The notes under the pieces are model-generated. The model worked only from the letters and a program-made list of their open reading frames with translations. It did not search any database and was not told the DNA's origin. Shown one piece after another: positions 52,717 through 61,191 of a stretch of 64,000 nucleotides of DNA (position 1 is the stretch's first letter; every line of letters starts with the position of its first letter). The translations under genes were made by a program, and so were the position numbers. The stretch spans positions 1-64,000 of the forward strand of contig MCFE01000345.1 in the NCBI GenBank assembly GCA_002104905.1. The letters run 5' to 3'. The DNA comes from Basidiobolus meristosporus CBS 931.73. Lineage: Eukaryota; Fungi; Basidiobolomycota.

Positions 52717-53960
52717 TTACAAGTCCCTATACCCTACACTAACATTAAGCCCAACCCCACACTCAACAAGTAACTTCTTTAGAATCCAGCACTCAATTAG
52801 TATTTCTACTGTAACACTCTGGTTCCACAACTTTGGCAGGAACCCAACAGCTTTATGCCACTGTTCATTCACTGGTTCCCACACATTGTGGTGTTTAGCT
52901 GGCACTGCAAGGTCTAGCACCTCATCTGCCAGTCTTTGCAATAAAACCTTGCAATATTCCAGTGCATTTTCTTGAGTACTCCTCTTGAAGAAGTACTGCA
53001 ACCTCTTGGTATACCTATTAATGCACTAAAGTTCCACTGAAGGCATTGAGATAGTCTTTCAAGCTCTTGACATTGTAGCCTTGTCTGTCAGTGGGATCTC
53101 CACTCTGTCAATAATGGAGGATGTGGAGGCTGTGGTAGACAAATTGCCTTTTTCAGCAAACTCATTTACCTTGCTGAAGTGTGGCACAACTGGCTGTGCT
53201 TCCAACTCTTGTGAAAATAGCTGTTTTCTTGTTGGTAGTTCTTCTTGGCTATGATGGGATTCAGTCTGTTCCAGGCTTGCAGCATTGATTGGCATGAGCT
53301 GCAGTTGTTTTGATATGCCTCCCTGTCTCAGGCTTTGGTAGACATTTTCCCTTTACCTTTTCCTTTATCACTACCAGGTCTTTCACTGCTATTTTGTCTG
53401 AGATCTTCTTGTAAAGAACTACATTTTCTCCTTGATGAATTCTGCCCTGATGCATCTGTTCTGGCCTGCTTGGCCCATGCTAGCACTCTTCTGGCAACCT
53501 GGCGTTTCTTTTCTGCTTGTTTTCAGCTCTCAGCTATAGTTGTGACATGCTCCTGTAAAAGCTGCTAGTTTTTACCACTGCCATGTCCTTCACTGCTACT
53601 TTGACTGAGTGCTTCTTGAGTGGTACTATGCCTTTTCCTTGATAACTGTTGTGCTAGTGCATCCATGTCTGCCTGCTTGTCCCTAATTGGCACTCTTCCA
53701 GCTACCTGACATCTCTTTGATGCTTGTCTGGAGCTTTTGGCCCTGCTTGTAACAGGCTCCTGAGGAAGCTGCTGGTTTTTAGCATGACACCCTTATTCTT
53801 CTGCCTTTGATAGTTTCTGCTACTCTTAAAATACTTTCTTAGCATACCAATGCTGGTCCAGAATCTGTTTGCTGGTTTGAATCCAGGATAATGCTCATGG
53901 ATCAAGTCAACTGCACACCACTTGTCCTTGAGTTCCTGATGGTCTCATGGTATGTCTGCC
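52717..53960 (-). pseudogene. Decayed second ORF of the CMC-like element; no recognised domain
   Basis: Chained ORF fragments (IHEHYPGFKPANRFWTSIGMLRKYFKSS...; LQYFFKRSTQENALEYCKVLLQRLADEVLDL...) with nucleotide homology to the reverse complement of ~59040-59515. Confidence 0.55.
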
Positions 53961-54246
53961 TTAAGGTGATGGTGTGTTAGACTTCTGAGAGCTTCTTGAT
54001 TATTAGCTCATTCTTCATTATTGCACCCAACAGCTTCATGGATCTTCAGTGTCTTTTGACTTTTAGGCTTTGGTACAAACACCATATTGTCTCCCTCTTA
54101 TGCTGTGATAGGTTTTTCTGTGGGCTTTGTCTTTGGGCACTGTTGTTGTACTTCAAAGACTGTACAGTGTTTCTCTGGTGTTACATATCTGGCACTGTAA
54201 TTAATTATTAGCCCTAAAGTAAGATCACTACAAAACACTTATAGCA

Positions 54247-55049
54247 TGGTGGTAGGGTAAGCATACCTCCCACAGACAAGTTTACTCATACAGTCATTAT
54301 GATATACTTATACATACTTTATCTTATCAGTATTATCCCATTCTTCTTTTGCCCATATTATCAGTATTATCCCCATATGATGTTTAACCTGATTAGTTAT
54401 TAGCATTAGTTATCCCGGATGTTATTCAGCTTTGTGATCAGTATATGTATCTACATAAGGCAAGTACCCGCGTCAGTACCCATGAAACATGACCTAAGTC
54501 TGTGTTACCATCCCTACCATTTTAATACCATATATGGTATTTCTATGTTACACAGGCTTCAGACTACTGATTCCTGATTGGTTGAATGTGCTGTGCCTTT
54601 TAGAACCTTCCAGGACATTCTTGGCATATTTTTAGCTCATAGTGATGTCATCAAGAATTCCACTGATACCTAGAATCTTCTAGAACCTTGTCATTAGTAA
54701 TCACTTGGCAATCAGGAAAAGTATTTAAGGGAAAGCAATCCCTCATCAATAAATCATCCCTTCTATCAGTAACACTTCTACCTTATTGATTAGCAGTTGA
54801 TCACTGCACCTGCCTTCAACAGTACATCTCAGACCTGCCATCAAGGAGCTTTTCAGGGTAGTGCACAAGACACACAGAGGCCTTTGGAGACACTTGGAGC
54901 ACCTAGGAAGCTAGAGAAGCAGGAGCTTTTACCATAGTGACATATTGACAAAGACACCAGCAGTTTAGACACAGAGGTTATTGCACCCATCAGACACCTC
55001 ACACACCTTGAGTTGTGTAGCTTCTCCCAGGAGTACCTCTACACCACCA
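54247..55049 (+). mobile_element. ~800-bp solo-LTR-like insertion (third family)
   Basis: TGGTGGT...ACCACCA inverted termini, TSD TAGCA/CAGCA, internal TATTTAAGG and AATAAA; homologous to the reverse complement of ~62196-63259. Confidence 0.7.
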
Positions 55050-55057
55050 CAGCACCA

Positions 55058-55395
55058 GATAGTACCAGTGGACCAAGATAGTGCCATGCACTTTTATGGC
55101 ATGTTACAAGCCACAGGAGCTAGATTTAGAGTGCCATGGATATTGAGTACCAGATGCATATCTTCAGTTCTTCTCTGCTCTTACACATCCTGCACAATAT
55201 TGATCCACAAAAAAGCATTGAAAATATATTTTTTCCTGCATCTTAGGTGAAACACAGGGGCTGCTTTGTGTGAAGATGCAGAGCTATATTTCACACTCTG
55301 TGGCCAAGTATAGGTATACTTGGCCACTATGACATACTATGGCATCATTTGGCAATCATGGCTCAATGTGGCACTATCCAACAGAACAAGTCTAT
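55058..55395 (+). repeat. ~340-bp dispersed repeat unit, copy 1 of 4 (others at ~55880-56222 +, ~59615-59945 -, ~59990-60328 +)
   Basis: All copies share GGACCAAGATAGTGCCATGCA...CATGGCTCAAT(G/C)TGGCACTATCC (motifs partly degenerate in the 59.6-60.3 kb copies). Confidence 0.85.
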
Positions 55396-55450
55396 TGACC
55401 AAAAAGTAATATAATAGCGTAATATTATTGAAGGTCAAACTGTTTGCCCC

Positions 55451-58000
55451 ATGGACAAGGCTACTATGACTCAATACCATAAGAGAAGAGAAAAAAGACC
55501 ATGTGGCTATTGTGGCAAGCCTCACAGCCATGAAGCATGCAGAGAGCATAGGAAGTATTACAAGAATCACAGCCAGTCTTTTGCAACACAGGTCATGTCT
55601 GACCATTCATTGGTCACTGCTATACCATCATTATCTTGCTGGCCAGTTGATACTTCAATATTGGCACCTGGCCATCTTTGTCACCTTGCACTAGCTGAGT
55701 CAGGTGAGTTTGTGATGCCTTTAGGCTAACCTCTGCCTTCTGAGTTTGGCATGCAGAGTGATAGCTCTGAAAAAAAAAAGTTCACTGATGGAATTTGAGT
55801 CTATCTCCCCTGACAATGGTTCAACATATGAGCCCAGTCAATTCCCTATATGCAATGAGACAACGCCTGTTGATAGTTATAGTGCAAGATAGTCCCATTG
55901 GACCAAGATAGTGCCATGCATTCTTGTGACATGTTACAAGCCACAGGGGCTAGATTCAGAGTGCCATGGGTATTGAGTACCAGATGCATGTGTTCAGTCC
56001 TTTTGTGCTCTTACACATCCTTCACAGCATTAACCTAAAAAAAAGGTCAGAAAATGGATTTTCTCCAACACAATGGGTGAAACACAAGGGCTGCTTTGCA
56101 TGAAGATGCAGAGCTATTTTTCACACTCTGAGGCCAAGTAAAGGTTCACTTGGCCTCTCTGGCACACTATGGCATCATTTGGCACTCATGGCTCAATCTG
56201 GCACTATCCACAGAACAAGTTTAATACCAAGGATACTTTATGGAGCCAAGCAAACCCAGTAAACCATTTACTGGTTAATGCTGTGATGCTATGGCTAGAG
56301 AAGTGGCATGTTTCCACTAATATCAGTAATGGAGGTTTTGAGGATTTATTAGTACTTCTTGCCAAAATCCTACTGGGATGCAACTTACCATGTACATGGC
56401 ACAAGTGGACAACCATCATATGGCTAGAAACATATGATCCAGAGACTGTACTGATTCCAGCATGTGTTAACAGTTGCATGGCATTCACAATGTGTCCAAG
56501 TTGTCAGTAATCCACTACCATTGAGTGAAACATTATTCACTCTCTGGATATATTCTGGACATACCCTGTCTGAGGAAGCTGATACAGTCTGACAAATATT
56601 ACAAAGCTATACAGTACTGCTCTCAGTATCAATCAAGCGCAAACATATCCAATATATTTGATGGGAAACATTACAAACAGCTACAAAGTAAGGGCTACTT
56701 TGAAGGTATGTATTATCATGCCTTTGCCTTAGCACTTGATGGATTCTCATTAAACAAGTACTCTACTAGCAAATCCCGCTGGCCACTGATTCTCATCAAT
56801 CTGAATCTGCCTCCCATACTATGATATCTGTGTAATAGTCTGATGGTAGTCTCACTGGTATCTGGGCCTAAATCTCTGTCCAACCTGGATAGCTACCTGT
56901 ATACATTGCTTGATGAACTTAGTATGCTTTCCAGTGGGATAACAGTGAATGGCTGTCATGTCAAAGCACATATTATTATTAGCAATGAAGACACCCAGGA
57001 ATCAGCAAGATAGCAGGTTTTTCTAGGCACAATGGATGGTATTGCTGCCAAATGTGCAAGATCTAGGGGATTTACTCCATAACTCACACAGATTATTACT
57101 ACCCAAACACCTGCACAAAGACCATCATCTTTCCACAGTGATCACATACAGAAGTCAGCATGCAATTGCAGCAAACTTGGAAAGCTAAAAGCCCTTGGCC
57201 AGAATATGGAATCAATTGGAAGCTGGAGATACTTAAGATAGAGGGTATCTGTTGGCCAATAGCTTTCCACTGGGAGTAATACACTTGCTTCTCAACAATA
57301 TCCCTATACTGATGACCAAGTTGTACATGAGGTATTTCAAGCTAAATGAGCCCTTCAAGACACCAGAGAAATTTGAAAGATTTGGCAAGATATTACAGAG
57401 TATCTGCTACCCTAAGTACTTCTCACAGGCTCCAATTATTATTCATACATATATGTAACAATACAAATGCAAAGACCAGATGAACTGATATGTATGCATT
57501 CAAGTAGCATTCCAAAGCCATTCCTACCAAGAGTTTTGGAAGCATTGGGAGTCATATGTGGACATTGTAGGGATATTTATCTAGAAGCAGATCACCAATG
57601 CCAACTTGATGCATCTACAGCTGTTGTGCAAGGAGTTTGTGCTGGGATTTCTGTGGCTATACTACATACATAAAGCTGAACATGTAGATCTCTGCAGCTA
57701 CTGTATCTACTGTCTACTTCATCTTGCATGGTTTGTGGAGAATATTGGACCTTGCTTCACATTATGGGAGTTTCCTATAGAGTGGATGTGTGGGGAGATA
57801 GGAAGACAAGTCAGATTGCAGGTACTACCATATCCTAATTTCATAAAGAATATTACCTTCAAGTCTGTCATAGTTGGGATGAGTTGGCACTTGGAGTACA
57901 GCAAGGAAGAGTTGGAAAATACTGAGGATAAATATGCAAATGGAGACACCTATGCCTATGGCATTAAGAAGCTAAGTAGCCCTAAGGCATAGGTAATCAG
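55451..58000 (+). pseudogene. CACTA/En-Spm (tnp2-type) transposase remnant of copy 3
   Basis: N-terminal CGYCGKPHSHEAC; LP...ACVNSCMAFTMCPSC; NIFDGKHY...LALDGFS...RWPLILINLNLPP; GHNGWYCCQMC; GPCFTLWEFPIEWMCG. Many stops and frameshifts. Confidence 0.8.
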
Positions 58001-59529
58001 TTGAGTAATGCAAAGTTGGGTTGGGTGCAACAAGCCACTGATTTCTATTAGGAAAGCTCTACCATGGTATGATGGATTTCTCTTGGTCACAAGCAAACTT
58101 CTACACCATTCAATACTGAATTCACACAAACAAAAGCCACAGCACACCTATAAGGGGGACTAGAATTTGCAAGAGAGAAGGAATATATTGGCTAAATACC
58201 AAGAGGTTCTGTGTGGATATTCAGGAGATATTCATGACAGAAGTGGCAACAGTCAACCATATGTTTGCAAAATGTATATGTTACCAGCAATACATGATAT
58301 ATTGCAACTTTGCAAGTATCACACTAAAAAGCTTTAATGCCAAGGTGATAGAAGTATGTAAATTGCTGCAGGTGTGTGTGTTTGTTGAGGTTAGTAAGCA
58401 GGAGGCCATAGTTTTTTTTTGATATGAACTATATGTGGAACACCCAAGGTAGTAGTGGGTAAGCAAATAAACAGGGGTGATTCTACAGTGGGATAAATGA
58501 ATTGCACCAGAGGAGGTAGAAAAAGAAAATACCATTTGGTAAACTGGTACAGTAGATTATACAGAACCAGTTTTAGGCTGTCATACTGCCAATGTAATGC
58601 CATCAGAGTCTTGCTGTGAGGCTGTTAAAGTACTGTACAGTTACTTGCCATATGAGACAATTGGATGTCCTGGCTGGCTGGACCCACTTATAATAGTTGT
58701 AGAGCACTAAAAGACCGCAACAATACCATATAATTTTTGTTGCAGCACCAATTAAATCTTATCAAGTTTTTTCCCTATACTTGGTAGTAAAATTAGCAAA
58801 ACACTGATGTGCTCCAGTTCAAAGATTGTCAAGAGGGTTACTAATTCCAAGCTGATGGTATTATGACAGTCTCTTGAGTGGATCCTAATGGTTGATCTGG
58901 ATTGGATCCACCTGCAGGACCAAATTATTTTTCTTATTGGGCAGGGCTCCATCCAAAAAAAGCCATGTTGTCAGTGACAGTGCAATGATGAAGAGTGGGC
59001 TAATACTCAAGAAGTCTAGCACAGCATTATCCTAGGACCAGCATACCAAGGTACCATCTGGAATCCAAGGCAAAGAAAAATGTGCTTGATGTGTACTTTG
59101 AGCATTAACCTGATTCCAACAAGCAAAGGGATGTTGGACCAGCATTGATGTGCCAAGAAAGTATCCCAAGAGTAGCCAATATTATAAAAGACCAAATCTA
59201 ATGGGTGCCACAGCAAAAAACCAGCAGCATCCTCAAGAGCACATCAGAAGCAAGGCCAAAAGCTCCCAGCAAGCAGCAAATAAATGTTAGGTTCCTAGAA
59301 GAGTGCCAGTAAGGGTCAAACAGGCAGAAATGAATGCACCAAAGCCACTTTAATCATGCAAAATGCAAAGTTGCACTCTGCAAGTACTCAGTCACAGTAG
59401 CAGTGAAGGATCTGGCACTAATAAAAGCCAACAGCTTTTTCAGGGGCTCATCACAATCAGGGCTTAAAGCTTAAAGCAAGTATTAAAGAAGCATCTAGTT
59501 GCTGAGAGAGCACTGGTAAGGAACAAACA

Positions 59530-61050
59530 TGCAGGTGGATTCTACCTGGGTCTGCCATGAGGATCCTGTGATGAGTCCATCACAATGCTGATAGCTTGCA
59601 ATTAATGACCCTCTACAATAGACTTGCTCCATTGCATTGTGCCACATTGAGCCATGAGTGGCATATGATGCCATAGTGTGCCAGAGAGGCCAAGTAAACT
59701 TATACTTGGCCACAGAGTGAGAAACATAGCTCTTCATCTTCATGCAAAGCAGCTCCTGTGTCTCACCCATTGTGCTAATGGAAATCTATTTTTTGACATT
59801 TTTTTGGATCAATGTTTTGCAGGATGTGAAAGAGCACAAAAGGATTGAAGACATATATCTAGTACTCAATACCCATAGCACTCAGAATCCAGCTCCTGTG
59901 GCTTGTAACATGCACAAAAATGTATGGCACTATCTTGCACTATAAGTGCCTTATATAGGTTTTACTTTAGGGCTAATATTTAAATATAGTACCAGATAGT
60001 ACCAGTGGACCAAAATAGTGCCATGCATTTTTGTGACATGTTACAAGTCACAGGAGCTAGACTCAGAGTGCCATGGATATTGAGCACTACATGCATGTCT
60101 TCAATCTTTTTGTGCTCTTACAAATCCTGCATAATATTGATCCAAAAAAGGTCACAAAATGGATTTTCTCCAATACAATGGGTGAAACACAGGGGCTGCT
60201 TTGCATGAAGATGAAGAGCAATATCCCCCACTCTGTGGCCAAGTTTAGGTCTGCTATGCCTCTCTGGTACCCAATGGCAATATTTGGCACTCATGGCTCA
60301 ATGTGATACTATCCAACAGAAAAAGTCTTATGAATCACAAAAACATGCCTTCTGCTTACTAACCTCTAAATACATGTGAATCCACTGCAATTGACATACT
60401 TCTCTCCCCTCAACTATACAACTCTTTGGTGGAATACCTGCAGAGTTGTCATATAACTTGTATTGCTGGTAGCATATACATCTTGCAAACATATGCTCAA
60501 TTACCACCACTTTTGTCATGAATACCTCCTGGATATCCACAAAGAGCTATTTGGTATTCAGGAAATATATCCCTCCTCCCTGGGGTATTCAAGTCCCCCT
60601 TGTAGGTGTACTCCAGCTCTTGTTTGTGTATATTCCATATTGAATGGTGTAGTAACTGGCTTGTAACCAGGTATTCCTTGGTAAAGTTGCCCTACTAAAG
60701 AATAGTTGCTTGTTGTGCCCAACCCAACTTTGTGTTACTTAACTGATTACCCCTGCATTGGGGCTGCTTAGCCCCTTAATGCCAATGTTATAGGTGCTGG
60801 CAGAGATAGGAAGATAAGTCAAGTTACAAGTACTTCTCTGTCCCATTTTTTTAAGAATATTACCATCAAGTGTGGCACAAATGAGATGAGTTGGCATATG
60901 TGCAACAGCCAGGAAGAATTGCAAAGTTCAGTGCGGAGGTGTAGATGGAGGCATCTATGCATTTGGATTACAAAGCTAAGCAGTCCCAATGCATAGGCAA
61001 TCAGTTAAGTGAAGCCAGGTTGCTTTGGATGCTACAAGCATGAGACTTTT
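59530..61050. mobile_element. Mosaic of inverted fragments of the CMC-like element and the 340-bp unit
   Basis: 59530-59615 is a minus-strand near-terminal CMC segment; 59615-60328 is an inverted pair of units; 60340-60800 is a minus-strand CMC 3' region; 60800-61050 is a plus-strand copy of ~57790-58040. Confidence 0.65.
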
Positions 61051-61191
61051 ATTTGGTCAACTATGCAAAAGTATTTTTGATATGCCAGGTCATGATCCTT
61101 TCAATAAGCAGTTGACACAAATAAGTACCAGAATGCAACTTTGGTGGGATTGTTATCAGCAAGGAGATGAAATATGTTAGCTTAGTATAGG

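Larger units (their letters stand above)
47653..58941 (+). mobile_element. CACTA/CMC-like DNA transposon copy 3 with both ends, nested in copy 2
   Basis: Left end CCCTATGGAAAATTATTG; right end reverse-complements to CCCAATAAGAAAAATAATTTG (imperfect TIR, CMCWR-type); 2-bp TSD CA. Contains transposase and second-ORF remnants plus nested Copia B. Confidence 0.72.
38279..59520 (-). mobile_element. CACTA/CMC-like DNA transposon copy 2, decayed and interrupted by Copia A, solo LTRs and copy 3
   Basis: Terminus CCCTATGAAAAATAATTTGG at 38279. Minus-strand transposase remnants at ~44860-47330 (GDTPAISKIAGFSGHSGQYCYCMCKIQG...HYY; LFDGKHY). Second-ORF remnant on + at ~59040-59515; truncated near 59520. 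Confidence 0.7.
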
